Origin: Octopus sinensis
Lineage: Eukaryota
Assembly: GCF_006345805.1 (NCBI RefSeq)
Contig: NC_043000.1
Coordinates: 56,730,001-56,794,000 of the forward strand
DNA: 64,000 nucleotides
Direction: 5' to 3'
Both the position numbers and the translations under genes were made by a program. The notes under the pieces are model-generated. The model worked only from the letters and a program-made list of their open reading frames with translations, made no database searches and was not told the DNA's origin. This document shows, piece by piece, positions 1 through 13,959 of the stretch (position 1 is its first letter; each line of letters opens with the position of its first letter).

Positions 1-1060
1 AAAACACTTTCTCATTGGTTGATCATGAATTCACAACAAGGGGCCATTGCAATATATTATATTATAGTACATAAAACAAAATTAAATTTTAAAAGATCAA
101 TAGTTGCCAGTACTACTATCCTATATAAATTTCTGGAAAAAAAATGAGGCAGATTAACTATGGGAGCTCTGTTAAGAACAAAATATGACACATGTGAAAA
201 TCTAAGAGGAGTTAACTCTTGAATAATTTTAAATCTGGCATTGATGACTTTTATCTATCATAACAGCATTCCCATGATCTTCTGCAACCTAATGCAAACT
301 GCATGAACATTGTGCTACAACTACAATAATTTCATTCAGATTATATGACTGAGAAAGTCTTGAAATGTTCATAGACTTAGGAATGCTATTATTCCAAACT
401 AAGCATAAAGGACTATTATTATTTAAAAATCCTTAATATTATACAAAAAAAAAATTTAACACAGCTGTATCTTTTTTACATGTTTGAATTAAAAGCTTTT
501 CCTTACACAAATATATATGTGTGTGTGTATAAACACACACACGTTGGTAGGTGAGAGATAGGTAAGACAGTGCATGTGTTTGATTGTAAGAGAGTATGTA
601 TTTTGTGTATATTTATGTATGTATGTCAAACAAGAAGAAATTTTATAAGAAAGAAAACTAGAAAAAAGACTTCGTGCAGTCATGATAATTTGCTTAAAAA
701 TCTTATGTCTGCTCCATCAAAGTTGACCTGAGGCTATGCAACAACTAAAAATGTGTTTCTTCATCTTTCTTAACCAAATTCTAATAATTTCCTCTTTCTT
801 TTCCTTCTTTTCCTGTTTGATTTCCTATCTATTGTCCCAACACACAAAGAAGAAAAAGAAGAAGAAGAAGAAGAAGAAGAAAAAAAAAATTGTTTAAATT
901 TCATGCAACGGCTCCCAAATGGAGCACTTTTGAGACCAAATTCTCTTCAAGAAATCTTGGAGTGTGTCTATTTTCTTTAAGTGATTATATTAGGATTTAT
1001 GATAAACTCTGGCAGAAAAACAACAATAACAATAACAACAACAGCAACAACAACAACAAC

Positions 1061-1103
<43 letters not shown>

Positions 1104-1774
1104 TGTTCTATAAAGTTTAGCTATATCAGCACAAGAAATAAGCTGGAAAATACAGAAAATTCCAATGGAACACATCATTTATTCATTACCAAAGTCTTCC
1201 ATTCCGTTGCAGTGATTTCATTGTATCTTCAGGCAAAGTACCAATGTTCTCTCACTCTTTATTTGTCCCTCTTTCTCTTTCATTTATTCTTTCTCTCTTT
1301 CCCTTTAATTTATTCTTTCTATCTATCTATCTATCTATCTGCCTAACTTTGTATCTACTTCTCTTTCATTTTCCTCTCTCACTCTCACTATCTCTCACTC
1401 TCACTCTCTCTCTCTCTCTCAATCGTTTTCTATTCTTTTTCATTGAATAAAATAGGCATCACTTTGAATTGATGGTTGATTTGTTAAAATGAGCAATTGC
1501 CTTTAATCAGCTGCTGCAACGATTTATGTAAATTTGACTTTACTTGGCTTCAGTCTATCAGGCATTGTTAGGTTGCAGTCTGTAGAATAAAGAAGTGAAA
1601 TCTTCCAAGGAAGCTTGATGCATAGAAACATGCATTTCATCCCCAGCAGCTTTTGTCTTGTGAATAGCACCGAAATATTTATCACAGCTCCATTGGATTA
1701 TCAACGTCATCAACATCATAAGCATCATCATGATCATCATCAACATCATCATGAGGCTGGACACTCCACCAGTT

Positions 1775-2083
1775 ACAACAACAAGTGTTCCAGTTGATTC
1801 GATCAACAGAACAGCCTGCTTGTGAAATTAATGAGCAAGTGATTGAGCACTCCATGGACGCATGTACCCTTCATGTAGTTCTCAGGGTGAATCAGCATGA
1901 CACATACAATGTGACAAAGCTGGCCCTTTGAAATACAGGTACAACTCATTTTTGCCAGCTGAGTGAATTGGAGCAACATGAGATATGTGTCTTGTTCAAG
2001 GATACAACACTCCACTGGGAATTGAACTCACAACCTTACAATCATGAGCCGAATACCCTAATCACTAAGACACATGCCTTCAC
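1775..2083 (-). mobile_element. Decayed tRNA-headed SINE
   Basis: Minus-strand head gtgaaggcatgtgtcttagtgattagggt... resembles the intact head at 26820; the 3' body (ccagttgattcgatcaacagaacagcctgc...) matches 29050-29180. Confidence 0.65.
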
Positions 2084-2149
2084 AATATTATTGGTGGTGG
2101 TGACAGTGGCGGTGGCGGCGGTGGCGTCATCACTACCACCATCATCATT

Positions 2150-2470
2150 GGGCATCCAGATGTAAAAACCATGCCAAAACAGACACAGAAGTATAGTAGT
2201 CTTCTGCCTTGCCAGCTCCTGTCAAATTGCCCAACCTATGCCAGCATGGAAGGGGGACATTAAATAATGATGGTGATGATGATGATGATGATGACATCCA
2301 CTTTCCATGCTGCCATGAGTTGGCTGGGTTATCACAATCTAAGTCAGTTCTTATTTGGAGTTTCTGTCCTCTTAGATGCACTGAAGGACCATGTCTCAAG
2401 CAAACAAAATGCTTCACTTTTGGCATGGTTTCTATTGCTGGGTACTCCTAACACCAACAACTTTTCAGAG
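2150..2470. mobile_element. Two tail-to-tail fragments of the RTE-tailed (GAT)n repeat
   Basis: ggcatcc...aacctatgccagcatggaa...(gat)n on +, followed by catcc actttccatgctgcc...ttgctgggtactcctaacaccaac in the opposite orientation; same family as 9969, 35627 and 62161. Confidence 0.6.
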
Positions 2471-2836
2471 TATACTAGGTGGACAGTCATGACTTTGGAC
2501 AGACTAAAGAGCCCTCTCAATCTCATGTTATTTCCATTCATTTGTTATCCACTTTACAGAGTATAATGGAAACAATTTTTTGTGACACTCGCTCTACTAG
2601 AGAACCAAGGTGAGTTGATGCGACAAAAGCATGGAAGAAACAGTGACTGAGGTGAGGGTGGTGATGGAGGAATTAATGGAAGAGAGACGGCATTGGTGTG
2701 GGACTGATGGGAGAAGCAGTGTTGGTAGAATAGTTAGAAGTGAGAAGGGAGAGTAAGTAAAGGAGGAGTGTAAGCAGGAAGTGGAGAGTTACATTACTGA
2801 TAGAGAGATAAGAGGATATGAAAGAGGTAGAGAAGT

Positions 2837-3481
2837 TTAACCCTCTAGCATTTCGGTTAATTTGTCAAGTGTAATGCTTACTTATTCACATTGTTTTCAA
2901 TTAATCATGCATTATCTCATAGCTTGAAGACTATGATTGTTTATCATTTTTATTGTTTATTATTATTTTTATAGGTGCAGGAGTGGCTGTGTAGTAAGTA
3001 GTTTGTTTACGAACCACATGTTTCCAGGTTCAGCCCCACTGCGTGGCACCTTGGGCAAGTGTCTTCTACTATAGCCTCGGGCCGACCAAAGCCTTGTCAG
3101 TGGATTTGGTAGACGGAAACTGAAGGAAGCCCGTCGTATATATGTATATATATATGTGTGTGTGTGTGCTTAAATGTTTGTGTGTCTGTGTTTGTCCCCC
3201 TAACATCGTTTGACAACCGACACTAGTGTGTTTATGTCTCCGTAACTTAGCGGTTCGGCAAAAGAGACCGATAGAATAAGTACTAGGCTTACAAAAAATA
3301 AGTCCTGGGATTGATTTGCTTGACTAAAGGCTCCAGCATGGCCGCAGTCAAATGACTGAAACAAGTAAAAGAGTAATGATATTGTAGGATAGGTCTGAGA
3401 GACTAGATCAGGCATAATTGAATATAAAACAAATAGAAAATTTGGACTGAATATGGCCAGTTTAAATGCTAAAGAGTTGAA
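2837..3481. mobile_element. TTAA-ended piggyBac-like MITE interrupted by a SINE
   Basis: Starts ttaaccctctagcattt, ends aaatgctaaagagttgaa; internal sequence matches other copies (6134-6300, 52365-52582, 58945-59165); split at ~2973-3376. Confidence 0.65.
2973..3376 (+). mobile_element. Full-length tRNA/CORE-like SINE (major family of this window)
   Basis: A/B-box-like head ggagtggctgtgtagtaag...ggttcagccccact, CORE-like gcaccttgggcaagtgtctt, internal (TA)(TG)n, tail aatgactgaaacaagtaaaagag; more than 15 related copies or fragments in the window. Confidence 0.85.
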
Positions 3482-4554
3482 TTCTACTGTTAAAGCCTAG
3501 AGCAGCAGTCCCCAACCATGTTTTTCTCTTTTTGCACCATTGACCAGTTTCATGTGAAACAATTTTTCCATGGACCAGGGGATCATGTGCATAGGAAAAC
3601 ACAACAAAGTGCATGATATATAATTTCATTATTACATATATAACACATATATAAAACAAACACATCCTCAAGACTGCAGTAGTCAATAAAATGGATATAA
3701 AATTTTAAAATTCATTCTCTCTGTGTTGCCTGGTACCAAATAATCCATGGTTAAGCACTGGTCTGCAGCCTGGTGTACTATAATAAACAGCAGGATGGTA
3801 CATATTGTATATATAAGTATGGAGGCTTATGTAGATATAGATAGATTAATTAGAGACTCATATTTATTTTAATATGTTACCATAGTTATTATTTTTAGTG
3901 CATTTAAGATGGTAAGCTGTTAGGATCATTAACATATTGGTCAAGATTCTTAGCAACATTTCATTCACCTTTCTGCTCTGAGTTCAAAATCTGTTGAAGA
4001 CAATTTGGCCTTGCATTCTTTTGTGGTCAATGAAATAGGTACAGCTCAGCACAAGGGTCAATGTAATCAACTAGCCCCCTCCCACAAAATTTCAGGTTTT
4101 GTGCCTATAACAGAAAGGATTATGTGGAATTATCTTGGAGTTATCTTATACAATTCTGCTCTTCCCAATGCAGTGTACACTTTTTTTGTTAACATAAACA
4201 AAAAAAATACATATCAAGATGTATGAAAATGTACTTTACGTAGCACATATTGATTTATGAAGATTGTATTGGGTACTTAATTATTTATATACAGAGTAAT
4301 TAGTTATTTATATAAATGTAAATGTATACAACATATACAGTAATTTTAGCTGTGTTGCGCATATATTACACAGAGTCTTGAAAAGTTCTTATGGAGATAT
4401 AGCACCTTTTTATTTGGAGTATGGAATTTTTCACACACACAGACACACACAAAAATAGATAGACAGATAGACAGACAGACAGACAGACATAAAATGTAAA
4501 AGAGGAAACAGCACAGAAGTATGTTTAAAGATTCATTTTATTTATTTTATTTAT

Positions 4555-4975
4555 TTGGACAAGATAAGTTATGACAGGGAGGTGGAGTTTTCGCTGTCCC
4601 TACATCTGAAGAATGTGTTATGTGTACTTTCCCTTAAAGTCACTGGCAGTTATGCCCATGTAGTGTCTTGAGATAACATTGAATTGTACAAGAGTGATTC
4701 CATGGACCAGAGCCTCTGAGATGCAGGATCCTCCCAATGGGTAGTTGGTAGGATTTCAGCAGTTATAGGTTGGAATGAGAAATGAAGACTATGTGGAGGT
4801 AGGGGTTGCTTCTGTTGTAGTATATGACATCGGAAGCGACATTATCTAAGCATGAATGGCTAGTCATGGTATTAATGGAATTAAATATTTCATGATATCT
4901 ATGGATTCTTTGGAAATACTTTCTAATTAGTGTCCAAAAGGTCTGAATGAGTAAATGTATGGCATGTAGACACAA
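4555..4975 (-). pseudogene. Decayed Penelope-like element ORF fragment (linker, Zn-knuckle, GIY-YIG start)
   Basis: Manual minus-strand translation gives LIRKYFQRIHRYHEIFNSINTMTSHSCLDNVAS and, in another frame, YNC*NPTNYPLGGSCISEALVHG...RHYMGITASDFKGKYT*H, matching the PLE pattern KHF..H..HKIFN..T...SYSC..N / CNC...CPL.G.C / YIG.T...FK.RY..H; contains stops and frameshifts. Confidence 0.7.
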
Positions 4976-7087
4976 GATAGCAGTCAGTCAAATGACTATT
5001 TTCAAGAAAGTTGGCTGAAGCATAAAGTGCTGAATTACAATTCACAAAATAGAATAGAAATAGCAGTTATGATTTGAGAGAGTCATTAGAGCATTGGATG
5101 AAATGTCTGATGACATTTGTTCTCAGTCTCTGTACTCTGAGTTCAAATTCTCCCTAGATCAACTTTGCCTTTCATCTTTAATGATATGATAAAAAAGAAC
5201 TAATCCAAGAGTAATTCATAAACAGAATTGTTAAAGGGTCACATAAAATAGCAGAGAAAGGGAACACTTGTATCCAGTCTCCTTCAAATAATCTTGCTGA
5301 GATGTGTACATACATGTGCAAATGCATGGTCAACCTTGACCAATGGAGACCTTCATGAGTAGAAGTCAGTTCAGTAACAGGACCTTCAGTTTCAAGCAGG
5401 AGACTAGATTTTGTGCAGAACATGTGATTGGGAGCAGGACATCTGGTTTTAAGCTTTTCCTTATTAGAATTCTTTTCTCTTCACAGCAAAATGAAGTTAT
5501 TCTAGTTTGTGAACATAGGCACAGTCATGGTTGCATGGTTTAGAAGATATCTTTACAGCCACATACTTTTGAGATGAGCCCCACTGCACTGCACCTTGGG
5601 TAAGTATCTTTCACTATACCCGCAAGCCATCTCATGAAAATTGTGCAGAAGGCCATTATGTGTGTGTGTGTGTGTGTGGTTGTGTGCCTTTGTGTTTGGT
5701 TTCCTGTTTTGCACCACTTGACAACTAGTGCTGGTCAGTTTACATCCCTGTAATCTAGCAGTTTGGCAAAAAAGACAGACAGAATGAGCAGTAAACTTTA
5801 AAAATAGGTACTGGGATTGAGAATTGATTCCTTCAACGAAACCCTTCAAAGTGGTGCCCCAGATTAGCTACAGTTCAATGACCAAAACAAGTAAATGCTA
5901 AAAGATATCTGAAGTGACATTTACTAAGTCAGTGGTTTTCCAACTAAGCATTGCAGGACAGTGGTGCATAAGAGATATCCAAGAACACAGTAGATTTTTC
6001 AAAATATAATATAAAGCTTTAAAAATTCTTTACTAATATTTGAGTATCTTAAAAATCTACATTATTCATGATTTTGTTATACACAAGAATGATTAATAAC
6101 ACAAGGCATTTCTCTATATTTTTCTAAACTTTTAACCCTTTTGCATTTAAACCAGTCATATCCAGCCAAAATATTTTACCTGCTTTATGCTCCAACTGAT
6201 CAGATCTGGCCTCTCACACCAACCCTACAATATCATTCTAAAAATTAAAAGTTACTTTATCAAAATCACAAAGCTAAAAGATAATGCATGATTAATTCAA
6301 AACAAGTGGAGGCACATAGCCTAGTGGTTAGAGCAGCAGACTTGCAGTCGAGGGATTGCAGGTTCGAATCTCAGACCGAAGGTTAATATTACAATGTTTT
6401 GTTTTGTTTTTTAACTTTCCATGCAAAATGTGCAAGCAATTTTTTTGGTTGATCCCAATGTACCACCAAATAAAAAGAATGATGTTTGCATTCCTTGTTG
6501 GCATAATGGCATATCATTCTAGACTTTTCAAGAACAAGTGGAATAAAAAAAAAACACAAAACAGTTAAATGCAAGAACACAGCAAGAACATTTGGTTCTA
6601 AATTGCTGCCTCAAATTAACTATTCAAACCAGGCTAGCAAGGAAAAATAAGATTTAAATGAATGAACAAAGAAATATTTTATATTAAAAAGACTTTCACA
6701 ACAAAATAACAAACACAGTGTTAACATACATGTCTTTTATTGCTTATCTTTAACTTGTTTCATTCATTAGATTACATCTATGCAGGGGGTACCACCTTGA
6801 AGGATTAAGTAAAACAAATCAACTCCAATACCCTTTTTTTTTCTTTTTTAGCCTGGTACTTATTCTATTGGTCCCATTTTGTTGAATCACTAAGTTAAGG
6901 AGACATAAAGAAATTAACACCAGTTATCAAGCAGAGATGGGGGATGAACACAAAGACATACATACAATGTATAGATATAAACATACAAACAAGGGATCGT
7001 TGCTAGATGTATCAAAACAATTGTCATGATTAATAAGAAATTCTTGTGTATTCCGTCTTACGTCTTTCATTTGCCATATATATAAGT

Positions 7088-7266
7088 ATGTATGCATGTA
7101 TGTATGTATGTATATATGTATATATATATGTGTGTATATATATATGTATATATATAGATATATATATAATATATATATATATAATTATATATATATATTA
7201 TATATATATATATATATATGTATATATCTGTATATATGTATATATATATGTGTGTATATATATATG

Positions 7267-7300
<34 letters not shown>

Positions 7301-7420
7301 ATATGTGTGTGTGTGTGTATATATATCTGACTCCTCAGATTTTTTGAATGCTGGACTACTGGTTTTAAATTGATATTAAAATTAATATTAATTTATCTCC
7401 CTCAATTTTTAAATATTTAA

Positions 7421-7476
<56 letters not shown>

Positions 7477-7500
7477 ATATTATCTATATATATATACTTT

Positions 7501-7534
<34 letters not shown>

Positions 7535-7562
7535 ATATTATATATAATATATATATATTATA

Positions 7563-7605
<43 letters not shown>

Positions 7606-7675
7606 TATATATATTATATAATATATATATATCTATATATATATACTTTTATATATATATATATTATATATATTA

Positions 7676-7738
<63 letters not shown>

Positions 7739-7740
7739 AT
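7088..7740. repeat. Compound (TA)n microsatellite tract
   Basis: Nearly pure A/T dinucleotide runs with one short unique interruption (7330-7420); source of the IYIY ORFs. Confidence 0.95.
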
Positions 7741-8301
7741 AAGGTGCATTCTATAAGTTTTGTGACTCTTTAGGAGAGATAGTTATAACTGTCTGAGATT
7801 ATTCCAATTTTAGTATATCATTACTATACATTTTATAAACTCACCTGCCAACCTTTTTATTCCACGTTGAAGGAGACAACAGCAACAGCACTTTGAATGC
7901 TGCCCACTCAATGCTGCTTTTCACTCAACTAAAACACTACTGGTCACAATTCCATTCTGGTAACCAGATGATGGTTACCATAGATGGGCATCAAAACTGT
8001 CCCTCACCCTTCTCACTATTCCATGCCTTGCTCCCTATGACTTTTGGTCATTCTCTAAGCTGAAGGAAAACCTAAGGAACAGTAGTTTTAAAGATACTTA
8101 AAAGGTGGAGCATGTGACAATGATTCTGGGCGCTTTCACTTTGGAGGACTTCTCTGAGGGCCTTCATAAAGTGGTTTGAGTGCTACGACAAGTGTATTGA
8201 AGTCAGAGGATCCTACTTTGAAGGAGATAGAGTTTTAGGCTCCTTTGAAATTTAAATGGCTCTCCTGAAAAAGCTTCAAAACTTCTGGGATGCACCTTGT
8301 A
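7740..8301 (+). mobile_element. Internally deleted mariner element
   Basis: Imperfect TIRs taaggtgcattctataagtttt / aaaacttctgggatgcaccttgta; relic peptide VPHPS..LAPYDFWSFSKLKENLR...CYDKCIEVRGSYFEGD (mariner YSPDLAP.D motif region). Confidence 0.75.
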
Positions 8302-8599
8302 TATGGGTGAGTGATGGACGAGGCTTCTTTCAGTTTCCATCCGCCAAATCCATGCACAAGGCTTTGGTCAGTCCAGAGCTATAGTAGAAGACACTTGTAT
8401 AAGGGGCCATGCAATGGGACTGAACCCAAAACCATGTGGCTGGGAAGCAAGTTTCTTACCATACAGTCATGCCTATCATTATGTCCTAAAGAAGTTTCTG
8501 AATCAAACCACATACACACATATGCACACACATGGTTGCACATATTCACACACATGTGTGTGTGCATGAAAAAAATATGTATATAGTTACACACACAGT

Positions 8600-8722
8600 T
8601 TTATATATATATATATATAATATATATATATACATACATGCATATATATATAATATGTATATGTATAATAAGAAATATATAGAGATATGATTTTAAATGT
8701 ATAAATATATATATATATGTAT

Positions 8723-8773
<51 letters not shown>

Positions 8774-8795
8774 AATATATAGATATGATTTTAAA

Positions 8796-8835
<40 letters not shown>

Positions 8836-8883
8836 GTATATATATAATAAGAAATATAAAAAGATATGATTTTAATTGCACAT

Positions 8884-8970
<87 letters not shown>
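8600..8970. repeat. (TA)n-rich minisatellite with three copies of an agatatgattttaa anchor
   Basis: agatatgattttaa recurs near 8683, 8781 and 8863, separated by TA runs. Confidence 0.8.
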
Positions 8971-8971
<1 letters not shown>

Positions 8972-9065
8972 GAGATACATAATACTAAAGAATGCCTTGC
9001 TTTGCATTTTACATTGATGTTTTACCATATTTGCCAATCCACCACTTTTTTCACTTTTTCACCAA

Positions 9066-9126
<61 letters not shown>

Positions 9127-9968
9127 AAGAAGAATTTTTAAAACACGCAACACAAAAAGTCATCCACACACATATTACAAATTTTTATCAGCAAAAAGCT
9201 GTGAGATAACATATATGTGTGATTAATAATTCATGTGGCATAGTTATCACACACAGTTATGTTATCACACAGTTATTTCAAGATAAAAATTATTACATCA
9301 AACACACCTGAGGAGTTTTGTTTAACTAAACAAAAATTTCAAATTTACTCATTATATTAACGACTTACAAGTGTTTGAGTGCAATAAGTTTGCTTTTTAC
9401 AAATACAGTTTCAATTCCTGTTTGAAGCCATTCGTATATATATTTGCATGTGTATGCATTCATTGTGCATTTGCATTAGTGTAAATGTAATTGTGAATAT
9501 GCATATATTTGTGTTTATTTTCATGTATTTGCATGCATATGTGTTAGTGTGTTTGAGTGTGCATGTATGTATATCAAATCACCACCATCATCACTTCATG
9601 TCCACATTTCATGCTGATATGGCTTGGGCAGTTTGACAGGATCCAATGGGTCCATGACTGCATTGTGCTCCAGCTGTCTGCTTTGTCATGGTTTCTACAG
9701 TTGGGCACCCTTCCTAATGCCAACCACTTTGCAACATGTACTCGGTGCTTTTCTAATGCAACCAGCACTATTGACATAGCCATGCATCTCACGGGAGTAC
9801 AAACTCAAGGGGAGTTGTGAGTCAAGTCAGCTTCCTGCTTGTGGACAAGGCACCAAAATATGAGAGAAAGTGGCTGTCACACACACAAACACATATATAT
9901 ACACACACATATACATAAATATATAGATACACACATATACATAAATATATAGATAGATGGGTATATAC

Positions 9969-10293
9969 CATCATCATCATCATCGTTTAACGTCCGCTTT
10001 CCATGCTAGCATGGGTTGGACGATTTAACTGAGGACTGGTGAACCAGATGGCTGCACCAGGCTCCAATCTTGATCTGGGAGAGTTTCTACAGCTGGATGC
10101 CCTTCCTAATGCTAACCACTCCAAGGGGGTAGTGGGTGCTTTTACATGCCACCAGCACAAGGGCCAGTCAGGCGGTACTTGCAACGGCCATGCTCAAATG
10201 GTGTTTTTTACATGCCATCTGCACAGGAGCCAGTCCAGCGGCACTGGCAACGATCACGCTCGGATGCTGCTCTTAGCGCTCCACTAGCACGGA
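9969..10293 (-). mobile_element. RTE-tailed repeat (SINE or LINE 3' end) with (GAT)n tail
   Basis: (cat)n cgtttaacgtccgctttccatgctagcatgggttgg...ctggatgcccttcctaatg; the ggatgcccttcc motif is typical of RTE-clade 3' ends. Confidence 0.75.
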
Positions 10294-10551
10294 TGCCACT
10301 CACATATATATATATATATGAAGCTCAATGTGTGTGTGTGACTGCTTGTACCATATGTATAAGACAATGAGAGCATGAGGGACAAATATGTAAATAGTTA
10401 TGATCAGGTGATGACAAAGAGAGAAGATCAATATTGGATTACAATGTGCTCTGATAACTGAGTCTGTTAGAGGAGCTTTCTGTGATAGCAACGCAATTCA
10501 CTGAATCCATATCGTATACTACAACTATACATATATATATACATGTATATA

Positions 10552-10759
10552 TACGAGGGGTGATAAAAAGTTCCTGGCTTTAAGAGTATCATGAAATACC
10601 TGATTGGAGGCCCAATCTTCCAAGTTCTTTTACAGGGCTTAGAAAACTGCAATAAGTGTGTAAATCTGTGAGGGGAATATGATGAATTAAATCATAATTA
10701 AATGATTCTCCTGTATTTTCGTTTACCCACAGCTAGGGACTTTTCAACATGCCCTCCTA
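10552..10759. mobile_element. Mariner-type MITE
   Basis: TA-cgaggggtgataaaaagttcctggct ... agctagggacttttcaacatgccctcc-TA ends; related copy at ~56150-56350. Confidence 0.65.
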
Positions 10760-10960
10760 TATTTGTGTGTGTGTGTGTGTGTGTTGTGTGTGTGTGTGTG
10801 TAAATAGTAAGGGATTACTCTAAAAAATTACCAGTTTGTTCTCAGTTAGGTACTCAAGATAGGTTATTCAACAGTTAATACATAAATCTAATAATATTCT
10901 CATAGGATAAGAATTTAGAGATATATTCTATTGCATAATTCTGAATATATTATGTTTATC

Positions 10961-10994
<34 letters not shown>

Positions 10995-11050
10995 TGAAGT
11001 GGCATAGCATTACCTTTAATTCTGCTTATATATTAAGTTTTACATAGACC

Positions 11051-11942
11051 TACAAATATGGGGTGGAATGGGTAAATTATCGCCATTTATATTTTTAATT
11101 TCATGCATGCACATCGTTTGTTTTTGATTTTGTCAACTACACAATATAGTAGGGTCATTTGGGCACTGTCTGTGAGAAATACAACACCATGACACAATTC
11201 ACCCTGTCAGAAATTTGGGAATGACATACTGTACTGCTTGGCATTTATGCCAGAAGCTCCAACACAAACATTTCAGAATATTTGGGTGTCAATCTGAAGA
11301 CAGAGCAATCTGCGGACAAGTACTGAGAGTGATAAAAATCAAATATCCAGTCAACACCATGGTGTTTGGAATGATCACTAGTGATGGCGACATTATGCCT
11401 CCATTCATCTTCCCACACAGGAAGCCTACATCAAGTGCCTGGAGAGGTAGTGCTGCTCTGGGTCAAGAGTTTGGCTGCTGGAAGAACCTATGTCTGGAAA
11501 CAGGGCTCTGCACCATGCCACACAAGTAGGAGAACCTAGTAATGGCAGTCAGACAATTTCTGCAATCACATCACCCCTAACATTTGGGCACCTAACTCCC
11601 CAGACTGCAACCCCCCCTCCCCGATTATTATTATGTGTGGGGTGCAGTTGAGCGAGAGGCCAACAAAACTCCTTGTAATACCAAAGATGAACTGAAGGCA
11701 AGCATTATGGCAGCATTCGCCAACTTAAACAAGAAGTCTGTCCAGTAGAGTTCCAAGAGGTTCTAAAGTTGTCTGGAGGCTGTGGTAGAAGCCAATGGTG
11801 ATTCTATTGAATATAAATTTACATTTTAGTAATTCAAAATAGTTTTATGTAATTTTGCTAAATATATCTGTTAAAATGAGATGTTAGTGTTATTTTCATT
11901 TTTGCGTAATTTAGATGACAATTTATTCACTGCGCCTTGTAT
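11051..11942 (+). mobile_element. Decayed Tc1/mariner-superfamily (maT/DD37D-like) element
   Basis: Relic peptide KYPVNTMVFGMITSDGDIMPPFIF...WKQGSAPCHTSRRT...WAPNSPDCNP.DYYVWGAVE...LEAVVEANGDSIE with stops and frameshifts; degenerate TIRs. Confidence 0.75.
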
Positions 11943-11943
11943 A

Positions 11944-11994
<51 letters not shown>

Positions 11995-12810
11995 TCAACT
12001 TGTGGCTGAGTAAGAGCACTTCCTAATGTCAGTAAGTCCATGCAAACATCCCAAGAGTTCTTGTGCATGAATTTGTTTTGAGTGGTTAAAGTGTTGCTAG
12101 CAATCAGCTACAAAAACAGTGGCACAACAGAGAATGAGATGACCAGAAACCAACACCACTTCAGGTTAAGCAGCTTGAGAGAAAAGTTAGGCATAAGAGG
12201 TATCTGATGTGGTGTGCAAGAGGGGGATGACTGCACTGGTATGGTCATGTGATGCAGATGGACAAGGATAGCTGTGTAAAGAAGTGCCAATCTCTAACAA
12301 GATGATGAAGTATAATCTTCGGACTTTGAACCTCACAGAGGCAATGAATAGTGACCGAAGCCTTTGGTGATGTGCTGTGCTTGAGGAAATCTGTCAAGCC
12401 AAGTGCACCAGTACTGGTAGCATGTGAAGAACACCTTTCAAATGTTAGGACTTACGGAGGCAAAGTGGCTGAGTTCCTTTTGAGCACTGGGCCTCAAGTA
12501 GGTAACATAGCTGAATTCCTTTCAAGTGTTGGGCTTCGTGGAGACATGGGCAACGGATGCTAAGTGATGATGATGATGATGATGATGTGTTTACCATCTC
12601 CTAGAAGGAGGTTCTAACAAGAACAATGGGTCCTTCATTCCCAGTGATTCACGTGTTACTTAATACATAGCTGAGACTTAAACAGGTATTAGCTGTCTGG
12701 GTAGATCTGGGAACAAATTATGACTAAGAGGTGGTTTCACACACCTCAAAACCCTGGAACTTCCATACCAGGGCCCCACAACCAGATGCAGTTTAAAGTC
12801 AGATATATAT

Positions 12811-13140
<330 letters not shown>

Positions 13141-13640
13141 TTCATAGATTGGTAGATGTGTAGATAGACAGACAGATATCTAAGGGTATATGCATGTATA
13201 TATGCATGTGTGATTATATGCAAGAAGACATATATAATCTATACACATACACTTTATATGCTTGTGGCAAAAAATACACATTTGTATACACACACAATTA
13301 CACTTCATACTCACAAATATAAACAACGACATACAAACAATATAAACAACAGGTACATGTAAAAAAAAAAAAGAAGCAAGAAAAAAATTACCATTATTCT
13401 CTCGCAAATATACATTTCTTCAAATGTGAAAAAAAATCATTGAATTCCCCATTGACAAGAGAAGAGAAGAACAAAGAAAATATATATCTGTATTCCACTT
13501 CTATACAAGAATACATTTTCATATTCTTCTATATAAGAATACATCTTCATATCCTTCTCTTATATGGGAATATATTTTCCTATTCTATGTTTATTCTTGC
13601 TGTGGTTGTTGGTATTGTCATCATCATCATATTATTATTG

Positions 13641-13671
<31 letters not shown>

Positions 13672-13959
13672 CAGCAGCAGCAGCAGCAGTAAGGTGGTGA
13701 GCTGGCAGAACCATTAGCATGCCAGACGAAATGCATAGCAGTATTTCTTCCAGCTTCCTGTTCTAAGTTCAAATTCTACCAAGGTTGACTTTGCCTTGCA
13801 TCATCTCAGGATCAAGTTCTGAAGCTGATGTAATCAATTAGCCCTTCCCCTACAAAATTTCAGTCTTTGTACCTATTGTACAAAGAATTATCATTATTAA
13901 TAATAGTAGCAGTAGTATTTTTATTTCTATAAAGCTATTACAAGCAACTTTAGTTAACA

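Noticed and set aside
1539-1580. 36-nt minus-strand micro-exon (ttctacag|...|gtaaag)
   Set aside because: Too short to tell from chance without RNA data.
2580-2835. Possible LINE 3' fragment on the minus strand
   Set aside because: Only vague resemblance in purine-rich sequence; motifs too decayed to call.
6305-6380. tRNA gene
   Set aside because: Has A and B boxes but no acceptor-stem pairing; matches the SINE heads at 29404 and 38627. The same applies to 26750-26820.
9296-9380. Hammerhead (CUGAGGA plus perfect UUUUGUUU/AAACAAAA hairpin, distal ucaaacac/guguuuga pairing)
   Set aside because: No GAAA box or NUH site in register; possibly a very decayed relic but not supportable.
13495-13590. 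Three degenerate ~28-bp tandem units (cttctatataagaatacatcttcatat)
   Set aside because: Ordinary short decayed minisatellite with no further structure.
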